Source of the DNA: Massalongia carnosa
Taxonomy: Eukaryota
Length of the DNA: 64,000 nt
Direction: 5' to 3'
NCBI GenBank assembly: GCA_965645245.1
Contig: OZ287068.1
Coordinates: 2,046,001 to 2,110,000, forward strand
Numbering within the stretch: position 1 is the stretch's first letter; every line of letters begins with the position of its first letter. The position numbers and the translations under genes are program-made. Shown here in pieces: positions 24,834 through 33,782 of the stretch. A model generated the notes under the pieces. That model had not been told where the DNA came from. It made no database searches and was given only the letters and a program-made list of their open reading frames with translations.

Positions 24834-24889
24834 GTAGCTCCCCCTTCAAGGCCTGCTTCCACGCAGGCTTTATAGCTTCAGGGTGTGAG

Positions 24890-27800
24890 CTATCGTGGCT
24901 TGGCTGGGTATCGTTGATGAAATTCTGCTACCCTTTCCTTGGCGTTAGTAACATACTCAGCATACTCCCAGGTGGGGTCGTTCCAGCCCGTCCATTGCAC
25001 CAGGTACTTTAGGCGGTTTCGAAATTTCTTGGAGTCTAGAATTTCTTCAACCTCGTATTCTTCTTCGCCTTCGACTTCAATAGGTGGTGCGGGAGGGGGG
25101 ATGTGATCGGGATGAGGGTGTTGCGGCACGGGCGAGAGAAGGGATACGTGGAACACAGGATGAATTTTCATGCCGGGGGGCAGCTCGAGTTGATACGCGT
25201 ATTTGCTTACCACCTTAGATATCTTGAATGGACCCAGATTTTTCCAGTCAAGCTTTCGAGCAGGTCTTTGAGTACGGATGTTCTTAGTACTCAACCATAC
25301 TTCGTCTCCTGCTTGGTAACTTGGTGCTGGTACACGATGTTCATTGGCTCCAGTCTCGTACCTGGCTTGCGCGAACTTCATCTCTTCCTGTAGCACGGAC
25401 GAGATATCTTGCATCTTCTTGGCGAACTCCCCTGCGTTTAGACTGGCTGGGGATCGAGAGGGCTCAATCGATTCGAATCCCATTCTCGGATGAAATCCCA
25501 TCTCGGCCAGGAATGGGCTGCACCCAGTCGTCTCGGACACTACATTGTTCCCTGTGAATTCTGCCATGGGTAACCAACTTGCCCAATCGTCTTGAAGATA
25601 GTCCGTGTAGCTTCGAAGGTATTGTTCCATGGAGGCGTTCACTCGCTCGGTTTGACCGTCCGTTTCTGGATGGAAGGCCGTTGATAACAGGCTCTTGATA
25701 CCCAGTAGTTGACAGAGCTTTTTCCAAAATTCCGATACAAAGAGCACTCCACGATCCGATACTACGGTGCTCGGCAACCCGTGTAGTTTCCAAATATCTC
25801 GAAGAAAGAGTTCAGCCAGTTCCTGAGCATTGATCGTGGTGAGGCATGGAGAGAAGTGCCGTCGTTTCGATAGACGATCGACCACCACTAATATGGCGTC
25901 GAACCCACTACTTTCTGGAAGCCCAGTCACGAAGTCCATCGAAATATCTTGCCAGCGGCGCTCCGGGACGGGTAACGGTTTCAAGACTCCCATTTTTCCT
26001 TGACGAGAGGGCTTGCTTCTTGCACAAACTTGACAATGTTGCACGTACCTTGCTACGAACTGATAGAATCGTGGCCAGTAATAGTGACGTTGCAGAAGAT
26101 CAAAGGTCTTGGCTCGACCGGGATGACCGGCTACAGGGCTATCGTGAACGGACTTGCAAAGTCTCATCTTCAGGGCGTGTGAGTCCGGAACGTATATCTT
26201 TCCTCGATAGTGCAGTCGGCCATCCATCTCTGTGCACTCTGCCAGCGAGATTTCCTTGGAGTGTCTAGCACCTGATCGTAATAATTCCAGAATTCTCATC
26301 GGAAAGAGGTCCTTTTCCAATGCTTCTTGCCATAATTCTTCCAAGGTCTTGATTTCATCCTGATCTGAGGCGATTTCCAGAGGTTCACTTTGTTCCGAGG
26401 CTTCAACATTTTCTTCGAGAGGTTCATCTGCTAATCCGTTCGCTAGAAGTTCAAGATTTCGAGGTTTCAAGACCACTTGATGTTGAATTTTTATCCGTGG
26501 ATCATCCTCCCCCTTCGGTAGGTCTTGAGACCTTCTAGTCAGGGCGTCGGGTTTTCCACCGCTTTTCCCTGGGCGGTACATGATCTGGAAATCGAAGCGG
26601 GAGAGATACTCGGACCAGCGTGCTTGACGACGACTGAGCTGTTTCGTTGTCATGAAGTATTCGAGATTCTTATGATCAGAAATGACTTGAATAGGAAAGG
26701 CGGCTCCTTCGAGCTCGGATCTCCATTCCTCGAAAGCTCGAATGATGGCCATGAGTTCCTTGTCATAGATCTCGTAATTGATTTCCGCGGGGGCGTGTTT
26801 TTTCGAGAAGAAGGCTACAGGGCGTAGAACTCCCTCGTCATCGTACTGTGAGAGTACACCCCCCACTACCCAGTCGGAAGCGTCAACTTCTACCACGATT
26901 TTCTTTTCAGGATCGAAATGCATCAGAATGAGATCGCTAACAAATGCGTTTTTTAGCCTTTGAAACGCGGCCTCACACTCGGAGTTCCAAGAGAACACGG
27001 TCCCCTTTTTCGTCAGTTTGATCAGGGGCGAGGCAATGGCTGAGAAACCCTTGACGAAGCGTCTATAGAAATTTGCGAAGCCCACGAAAGCTTGAATATC
27101 CTTAATGTTCTTGGGTGTTATCCAGTCCTTGATCGTCTGAACTTTTCGTGGGTCCATCTTGATTCCTTTGTCCGAAATGATAAGTCCCAGGTAAGTGGTT
27201 TCCGTGACGAAGAATTCACACTTTTCTATGTCCAGTTGCAGACCTGCGGACCTCAGAGCTTCAAGAACTTTTCTTACGTGAATCTTGTGTTCCTTCTTTG
27301 ATTTACTGTATACAAGAATGTCGTCGATATAGGCGGTGCAAAAGGCATCTAAATATTCTCGAAGAACGTCGTTGATATAGTGCTGAAAGGAGCCGGGCCC
27401 CCCTGAAAGTCCGAAAGGCAATACTTCATATTCGAAGAGACCGTACCTGGTCTTGAAAGCGGTCATCCATTCTTGCCCGCTCTGCATTCGTAGCTTGTTG
27501 AAAGCCGCGATGATGTCAAACTTAGAGAAAATCATGGCCTTGGCAAGACGATCTAGTGTTTCTTGAATCAGTGGTATTGGATAGCGATTCTTGATCGTGA
27601 TCGCGTTCAGAGCTCGATAGTCTACACAGAAACGCAGTCCTCCCGACGGTTTTCGGGCGAATAACACGGGCGAGGAGCAGGGCGAGGAGCTGGCACGAAT
27701 AAATCCTTTGGCTAGGTTTTCTTTCAAGTATTTCTGCAAGACTAGTAGTTCAGGAGCTGACATCTTGTACAGCGGGCCTGACGAGGGTATGGCTCCTTCC

Positions 27801-28891
27801 TTGAGAACGATTTTATGATCGTAGGAGCGGTGCGGGGGTAGTTTATCGGCTTCTTGCTTGGAGAAGACGTCTAGAAGATCGTGAAATTCCACGGGCACTA
27901 TACTGGCGGGATCGATGATTTTCTTGGGCTTCAAGGACTTGGCGATATCTTCGAGGGACGAGGCGGAGAGATTGACTTTCTCTCTCGGATTTCTGAGTTG
28001 TTCAAGGGCTTTGTCAATTTCATACATGGAAGCGGTGAAGATTTCGTTCTTCCGGTCCTTCATCAGGGTCGAGAATGGAGCGGCTCCAACCATGTAAATG
28101 CTCATAGGTGAGGGATCGGGAGATTCCGTGCAGACCGTCATTGGTCGTGCGTTCGAGATCGGTGGCTCAAGAAGTGTTCGGGATTCAGGACTTGAAGGAG
28201 CGTTTAATACACTGACTTCGAGAGTTCTAGGAGTCGAGCGAGAGACCTTGTTCTCACTGACTTTCAGGGTTTCAGGAGTTTTCATACAAGAGACCTCGTT
28301 CTTGCGTGATTCGACGGTTTTCAAGGACAGGGACGAAGCGGACTCAGGAGTCCCTTCAGATGGATCAGGAAGGCCAGAAATGACAAGAGGGACGTGTTTA
28401 TTCTCTAAACACTCCTGGAAACAGTACGTGGACGAGAAGGTCAGGGTATTTTCAGTCCAGCTGACGGAGGGGTCATGAATTTGAAGCCACTTGACTCCCA
28501 GGACGACAGGATAATGACCCAGTTGGGTAACTAAGAACGAGCCTTGCTCGGAATGACGGTTTATTCGCATCCTTGACTTGATCAGATGAGTAAGTTTTCC
28601 GGCCGCCGCGGGGCGACCATCGACTACTTCGAGGATACGAGGACGGACAAGAGGGGTGAAAGGCAGGGAATTGTTTCGCGCGAAGGATGAATCAATGAAT
28701 GCGTAGCCCGAGGCACCGCAATCAATCAAAGCATGGGTGTGTATAACTCGATTTTCCACAGAGAGTGCTATAGATATGACACAATGTCTACCGTCTAACG
28801 AATCTTCTGAGAGAGAAAAGGCTGAAATCGACACAGGGACCCCTTCTGAACGTCTTCGGGGGCGACTTAGCCCGAAGACGACGCGTTTTCC
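24890..28891 (-). CDS. pol: Pol of element 2 (PR-RT-RH-IN-chromodomain), -1 frame relative to gag
   Basis: ALIDCGA, LRFCVDYRALN, YIDD, EVDASD/YDKELMAI/SDH, HDSPVAGH...CQVC, MDFVTGLP/SDRG/TDGQTER and YEVEEILDS...YLVQW...TWE. The frame is open from the G GAA AAC site (28891-28885). Confidence 0.96.
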   Translation of the reverse strand, partial: GKRVVFGLSRPRRRSEGVPVSISAFSLSEDSLDGRHCVISIALSVENRVIHTHALIDCGASGYAFIDSSFARNNSLPFTPLVRPRILEVVDGRPAAAGKLTHLIKSRMRINRHSEQGSFLVTQLGHYPVVLGVKWLQIHDPSVSWTENTLTFSSTYCFQECLENKHVPLVISGLPDPSEGTPESASSLSLKTVESRKNEVSCMKTPETLKVSENKVSRSTPRTLEVSVLNAPSSPESRTLLEPPISNARPMTVCTESPDPSPMSIYMVGAAPFSTLMKDRKNEIFTASMYEIDKALEQLRNPREKVNLSASSLEDIAKSLKPKKIIDPASIVPVEFHDLLDVFSKQEADKLPPHRSYDHKIVLKEGAIPSSGPLYKMSAPELLVLQKYLKENLAKGFIRASSSPCSSPVLFARKPSGGLRFCVDYRALNAITIKNRYPIPLIQETLDRLAKAMIFSKFDIIAAFNKLRMQSGQEWMTAFKTRYGLFEYEVLPFGLSGGPGSFQHYINDVLREYLDAFCTAYIDDILVYSKSKKEHKIHVRKVLEALRSAGLQLDIEKCEFFVTETTYLGLIISDKGIKMDPRKVQTIKDWITPKNIKDIQAFVGFANFYRRFVKGFSAIASPLIKLTKKGTVFSWNSECEAAFQRLKNAFVSDLILMHFDPEKKIVVEVDASDWVVGGVLSQYDDEGVLRPVAFFSKKHAPAEINYEIYDKELMAIIRAFEEWRSELEGAAFPIQVISDHKNLEYFMTTKQLSRRQARWSEYLSRFDFQIMYRPGKSGGKPDALTRRSQDLPKGEDDPRIKIQHQVVLKPRNLELLANGLADEPLEENVEASEQSEPLEIASDQDEIKTLEELWQEALEKDLFPMRILELLRSGARHSKEISLAECTEMDGRLHYRGKIYVPDSHALKMRLCKSVHDSPVAGHPGRAKTFDLLQRHYYWPRFYQFVARYVQHCQVCARSKPSRQGKMGVLKPLPVPERRWQDISMDFVTGLPESSGFDAILVVVDRLSKRRHFSPCLTTINAQELAELFLRDIWKLHGLPSTVVSDRGVLFVSEFWKKLCQLLGIKSLLSTAFHPETDGQTERVNASMEQYLRSYTDYLQDDWASWLPMAEFTGNNVVSETTGCSPFLAEMGFHPRMGFESIEPSRSPASLNAGEFAKKMQDISSVLQEEMKFAQARYETGANEHRVPAPSYQAGDEVWLSTKNIRTQRPARKLDWKNLGPFKISKVVSKYAYQLELPPGMKIHPVFHVSLLSPVPQHPHPDHIPPPAPPIEVEGEEEYEVEEILDSKKFRNRLKYLVQWTGWNDPTWEYAEYVTNAKERVAEFHQRYPAKPR

Positions 28892-30111
28892 GAGACCTCA
28901 GCTAGAGAGGACTCGTTCAGCCGAGAGGTTCGCGGCTTGGTTTCTCCCTTTCGAGGGCAGACGGCCGCAAAATGTCCTGACCCCCCACAGTAGCGGCACA
29001 ACCCTTCGTTCATCCGACGGGTGACTTCTGCTTGAGGTAACTTACCTCTGTGTGTGGCGGAGAGGTCCATTGGCTCGGCGGCCGGAAGGGGAGACGGGGA
29101 GGCGGCGGAAGAAGAGACGGATCGGGGGAGGGCGACTCCTCCCGACAGGGGGTTATGAGGGGGGGTCCCCACACCAGAAGAAGGTGGGGCGGACCGGGGG
29201 GGGTATGGCTTCCGGAGGGAAGCATTGACATTCCGTTGGCGGGTGTCTAGCCGTTGGAGGAGGGTCACCAGTTCGTCGAGGTCCTCGGGAGTGATTTGGG
29301 TAACCATGAGCTGCTTCAGCTCGTCACTGATGCCTTCCAGCAGAGCTGAGCGCATTGCCTCCTCGTCGAAATTGGTATCCGGGGCAATACGCTGGAAGTC
29401 CGAGAGGTAGACATGGAATTCCTTATTGGCCTGGCGCAGGGACCGCAGTTCCCGCTGTGCCGTGGCCTTTTTGTCCGGGTCCCCAAAGGCCCTCTCCAAC
29501 ATAGCCAATAACCCTGCCACATCGGGGATACTCACTTCGTTGTGAGACTTGACGTAGGGTTGCACTTGCGCCATGGCACGACCCTCTAAGCGGCTGATGG
29601 CGTACAGAAGGCCGGCTTTGGGATTCGTGAAACGGTCTTGATTCACAAAGAGCTTCAGGTTAAGCTGGGTGACCCACTCGCGCAACTCGTCCTTCTTGCC
29701 CGAGAACTTCGGGATGTCCGGCAATTTCTCTGAGCGCGCCTCGCGCTGGGCGGTGGGTTGATGATGATGGTCACTGATCTGCTGACGGAGGCTGGCGATG
29801 GTGGCTCGAGAGGCGATGTTCTCGTTATTGGAGGTCTGCAACTGGCTACGGATATTATTATGCTCAGCTTCCAGAAAGTCATACTGATTTGATTTTTCCG
29901 TTAGAAAGCCCTGAAGGGTCGCTGATCGGTTGGCGGACTGAATGGCCTGATGATACCATTCATGAGGGAATTTTTGGACCGATTGACTCCAGGCCTCAAT
30001 AGATGCAACATGAGGGGCGAGAGAATCCTCGTCATCGAAGCTTGGGGGGGAAAGGCCAGGACTTGATTCGGAACGGGGCGTGGCTATCTTGGACGAGGAA
30101 CTGGAAGCCAT
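28867..30111 (-). CDS. gag: Gag of element 2
   Basis: ATG at 30111 (MASSSSSK), LPDIPKFSG, LRQ..Y...F, EPMDL and the CRYCGGSGHFAAVC zinc knuckle. Confidence 0.94.
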   Translation of the reverse strand: MASSSSSKIATPRSESSPGLSPPSFDDEDSLAPHVASIEAWSQSVQKFPHEWYHQAIQSANRSATLQGFLTEKSNQYDFLEAEHNNIRSQLQTSNNENIASRATIASLRQQISDHHHQPTAQREARSEKLPDIPKFSGKKDELREWVTQLNLKLFVNQDRFTNPKAGLLYAISRLEGRAMAQVQPYVKSHNEVSIPDVAGLLAMLERAFGDPDKKATAQRELRSLRQANKEFHVYLSDFQRIAPDTNFDEEAMRSALLEGISDELKQLMVTQITPEDLDELVTLLQRLDTRQRNVNASLRKPYPPRSAPPSSGVGTPPHNPLSGGVALPRSVSSSAASPSPLPAAEPMDLSATHRGKLPQAEVTRRMNEGLCRYCGGSGHFAAVCPRKGETKPRTSRLNESSLAEVSENASSSG

Positions 30112-30175
30112 ACTAAAGAGGTGAATGAGAAACGAGGAACGGAGCACCACCTGAACACGGGTGAGGTGTTCGTAA

Positions 30176-30430
30176 TGTGACGAGGCGGCAACGGGGGGGC
30201 CTATTCAGGTGGTGAAGGTGGTGGCATTGCTAGCTATGACTATACTAGATAGACAAGACGAACACAAGGAAGAAAGCATCAATTGCTGCAGAGATTTTCC
30301 ATGTAACTCCCGGAACCCATTTCCTTACCTGAATGCGGTTAGCTCCCCACTAAGGCTAACGCGATACCTAAAACATTTAGCGTGTCGGGAGGTATCGCTT
30401 AGCAGAGCATCTCGCGCTCACACCATGACA
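30176..30430 (-). repeat. 5' LTR of element 2
   Basis: Identical to 24579-24833 and upstream of gag on the minus strand. Confidence 0.96.
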
Positions 30431-31626
30431 ATGAGCGTACTCTTAATCGGCCAACAGATTTCAAAAGCAAGCTTCAGTTTGCTGGCATCGACATCAATGA
30501 GACGGATCTTTGTGAGATGGAGGATAGACTACTGCAAGAAGAGATCTCTTTATCTGATACGTCCATGTCATCATCGAAAAGACCGGCGAGTCAAACGATA
30601 TTTGGTGATGCGACGAGAGCTTGGATAACACCTAGCTAGTAGAGTAGGAGATACATAAAATTGTACGCAAATTGCTAACAAAATAAAGTATCTTTTCCCC
30701 ACTTTCTATCTTCCCGCTTCTTCCGCCCCCCCTCCCCCCCTGTAGCTAATCCCTGTGTCTGTCAGTTGGGCCAACTGACACGTATTAAACACTTCCCGAT
30801 CGGGTTAGTCAATAAACATGTTTAATACATATCCTAGCCCTAGTGTTGGTCACCTTTGCTAAGCGAGATGATAATAGTTTATCCGAGCCTCTGTGCGATT
30901 AGATTATATCTGATCTTATCTAATCTATCGGCTAGGCAATGCTGGTAGAAGTTGAACATTCAACAAACGTCTTGTCTACCTAGCTAGACAATCAAGTAAT
31001 ACGTTTGCACCATCTGGATTTCTACCTGACCTCGCACCGTGACATGATCTACGATTTCAAAATCTTTTATCCTTTTTGCACTGACTCTCAAAATGACATT
31101 CGTGATATTTATTGATGTTACGTTCTGGAATCTAGTCTTCAGAATTGTTCACATCTCGACAGCAAGGATTATATCAAGGCAGGACGTGGGGTCCATAATC
31201 AAGTCGTGTTTCTGAATGAGGCTACCGGGCGCGAGGTACTCGTCGTGGGGCGTATTGCGATGACTTTGTCACTCTCTTCGCTACCAATAACAGCCTTTCT
31301 TTCATTCAGAGCTGATCTGGAACACGGTCGTGAAGAGCTCAGCTCTGATGAGCTGAGGGGTGTTTTATGGTGAGGCTACCATCGATATAGTCATCCATCG
31401 TGAGTCCCACGGAAACCTGCCAGGCACCTATAAGGTGCCTAATGGGCAGTTTGAGAGGTCTACAGCATGACTGTTTAGATTTCCGAGTGTGACTACTATA
31501 AAAGCAAGTATATAACCCACATAGATAATTATCTTCAATGGCAATCATGTTATTATACCTACACGCGAATCATCATATTCATTAGCAAACGAAATTAGGT
31601 TGAATATGAAATGTTGATGCAAATTT

Positions 31627-32219
31627 CTAAGTGGAGTTTCGTCGTGTTTCGACTACTTGACGATGACGGCTGACGACGCCAGCGGTAAACAAAGCCCATC
31701 GAATCATGGACCTATTGTGGTTGGCGGCGCGCTTTTGAGCCAGCGCCGCTTCCACTCCTCTTTCTTCCTTCCACTCTTTCCTTAACTCGGCCACCGCCTC
31801 CTCCCCCCTCCTCCTCTCCTCCGCCACCGCTAACTCCCCCTTCCGCCTCTCATCCTTCAACTCTACCTTCATCTCTGCCACTGCCTCCTCCCCCCTCCTC
31901 CTCTCCTCCTTCAACTCTACCTTCATCTCTGCCACTGCCTCCTCCCCCATCCTCCTCTCCTCCGCAACTGCCTCAGCGATGGTGGCAGGGCTGGGAGACG
32001 GCCCGTTCCGCAAACGACTAAAAAGGAGAAACCAATTTTAGTAAGTCCTTCTTTCAACATAATCAAAGCAAAAACAATTTCAACAAACACCAAAAACACG
32101 AGCAATCGAATGCACAGTAAGATCTTCCACAACCACTGAACGGTCTGCGGAAGCGCCAAAGTGAGAGATACAACCCCGATCCAAAACCCTACTTGGGTTG
32201 CCTTGGAGTCGTTGAGCAT
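31627..32219 (-). CDS. Hypothetical small membrane-anchored coiled-coil protein with 18-aa repeats
   Basis: ATG 32219 opens a hydrophobic segment (VGFWIGVVSLTLALP). A clear acceptor (TTACTAA...TTTTTAG, ~32018) leads into an E/R-rich exon with 54-bp repeats (EERRRGEEAVAEMKVELK). The donor site and 3' end are uncertain. Confidence 0.4.
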
Positions 32220-32257
32220 TTTTGGGTTGGTTGGAGGGTAGTGCTTGGAGCGCGGTG

Positions 32258-32382
32258 CTGGTGATGGTGGTGGTGGTGGTGGTGATGGTGGTAGTGATGG
32301 TGGTGTGGTGCGGTTATGGTGGTGATACTGGTGTTGGTGCCGCTGTTGCTGCTGCTGCTACTTCTGCTACTTTTGTTGTTGT

Positions 32383-32414
<32 letters not shown>

Positions 32415-32425
32415 CTACTGCTGCG
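32258..32425. repeat. Compound trinucleotide microsatellite (GGT)n/(GCT)n/(GTT)n
   Basis: Directly visible runs of GGT, GTT and GCT. Confidence 0.9.
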
Positions 32426-33099
32426 GGCGGTATGAAAGCGGTGATGAAAAGTGAAAAGTGAAAACACGACGGTTTGATCTTGAGCAAAAAAAATTGCAAC
32501 CCACTTTATTAAACCGTTTACTCCTCCTTCCTTTCTCGGTTTACAATGTGTGTATTGTTGAGCCTACTCATGCATAGTTAGCCCTAATCGAAAGGGCAAT
32601 AACGAACGTCTAGCATAACCCTAAGAATTCTATTGCGGCGTCCATACGAAATCAAAAATGGAGCGACTCTTGCTCATGATGATCTTCTACATATTGCTTT
32701 CAAGAATGAAAAGATTTCTCGCGTACCTCTAACTCAGATAATAAGGGAGTTCGCTCGTGAGCAAACCCATGCGTCTCGTACGCAGGAGGATATCCATTAC
32801 TCTTCTCGTTGAAGACGATGGCATTATAGGGAGAAGACATGGTCAGGATGAACGGAGAAGGCCAAATATTAATAAGTTGGATAATGAATAACTGTTCTTT
32901 TCCTCAACGTGGTTGTGATGATCGTTGCTGGTTGTACGATCAAGAATTCAATATTTAAGCCTCATGTAATTAATGTGTTTCGCTAAACTCCTTCAAATTA
33001 GCGTCATTTATTATTTGACTTTAATCAGTATATCAGCCATTTTTCTCAGCTTCACGCTGTTTTGACTCAATCGTATCCTTCACGGCAGATATTTTCGTC

Positions 33100-33782
33100 A
33101 TCACATCTACCCTTAGCCCTATCTTGAGCAATGCGTCTTGAAAGGTTTATCACGCCAGCCTGGCTCCAGAATCGCGCGGATGTCGGTCATGTTCGCTACG
33201 GCAGTCGTGATACGCCAAAGACCACTTGAGGAGCGGTGGATTGGCCCGGTTGCTCAGGGCTGGCTTAGCTGTAGTGAGCGGTACTTCTTTCGCTATCTCC
33301 AGAACCTAAGGTTATAGGCAAAGGCAGTTCATCCTCCTTAAAGTTTTCCCAGACCATTTTGGCTATCATGAGGCTCATCGGTAAAAATAGCGCTACGGAG
33401 GTATTGATGCGGCACGTATCGACGATACATTTTAGGTCCGTATCGAGGTTCACGAACAGAACGCCGTTCTTTTCGTAGTCCTGGTTCTGGTTCTGAGCGA
33501 CTATGAAAAGCGTTGGGTGATGTGATCGGTCACTCCCAAGTTTAATATGGTAATCATACATGTCTTTGAGAGATGCGCCGTAGAAGTCATATTTGGATGA
33601 TAGGCGATAGGCACCACGAAGCTTATCGTCATTATTTTCAAGAGCCTTCAACAAACATGGATGCCGTTAACCTCAAGGCTGACAAGGGTGTATACTGCGA
33701 TCTTGTCGCAGTCGTGAATCTCGTTGTGATAAGCCTCGGTAGATGCCTTCGGCGGTAGGCTCAGGTCCGGCGAAAGAGACAT
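33100..33782 (-). pseudogene. Disrupted hypothetical protein
   Basis: ATG at 33782, a frame change near 33655, a globular-looking 129-aa ORF (HHPTLFIVA...NGVLFVNLD), and coding-like sequence beyond the stop at 33265. No family recognised. Confidence 0.35.

Larger units (their letters stand above)
24579..30430 (-). mobile_element. Full-length, apparently intact Ty3/gypsy chromovirus, element 2
   Basis: 255-bp LTRs at 30176-30430 (5') and 24579-24833 (3'), identical by eye. TSD ATGAG at 24574-24578 and 30431-30435. PPT GAAGGGGGAG on the minus strand next to the 3' LTR. Uninterrupted gag and pol. Confidence 0.98.
23757..30639 (+). pseudogene. hAT transposase C-terminal half (23757-24578 joined to 30436-30639)
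   Basis: TRWG motif, FW.....ILDPI, and the dimerisation domain LPANSVLAERNWS....TKSRNSL. Removing element 2 plus one TSD restores the frame MNE|RTLNRPTDF...ITPS*. The N-terminal BED/DD region is absent. Confidence 0.85.
23448..30968 (+). mobile_element. Truncated hAT DNA transposon, interrupted by LTR element 2
   Basis: Left end TAGTGTTGAATATCCAATTCCTACCAGCA (23448-23476) resembles the reverse complement of 30940-30966 (TGTTGAATGTTCAACTTCTACCAGCA). The transposase C-terminal half lies between them. No 8-bp TSD could be confirmed. Confidence 0.7.

Noticed and set aside
23799..24875. 358-aa ORF as a novel hAT-fusion protein
   Set aside because: Its last ~98 aa are read-through across the antisense LTR of element 2. 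The true transposase tail resumes at 30436.
30209..30628. 139-aa ORF duplicating part of the previous ORF
   Set aside because: It is the second LTR read antisense plus out-of-frame hAT sequence.
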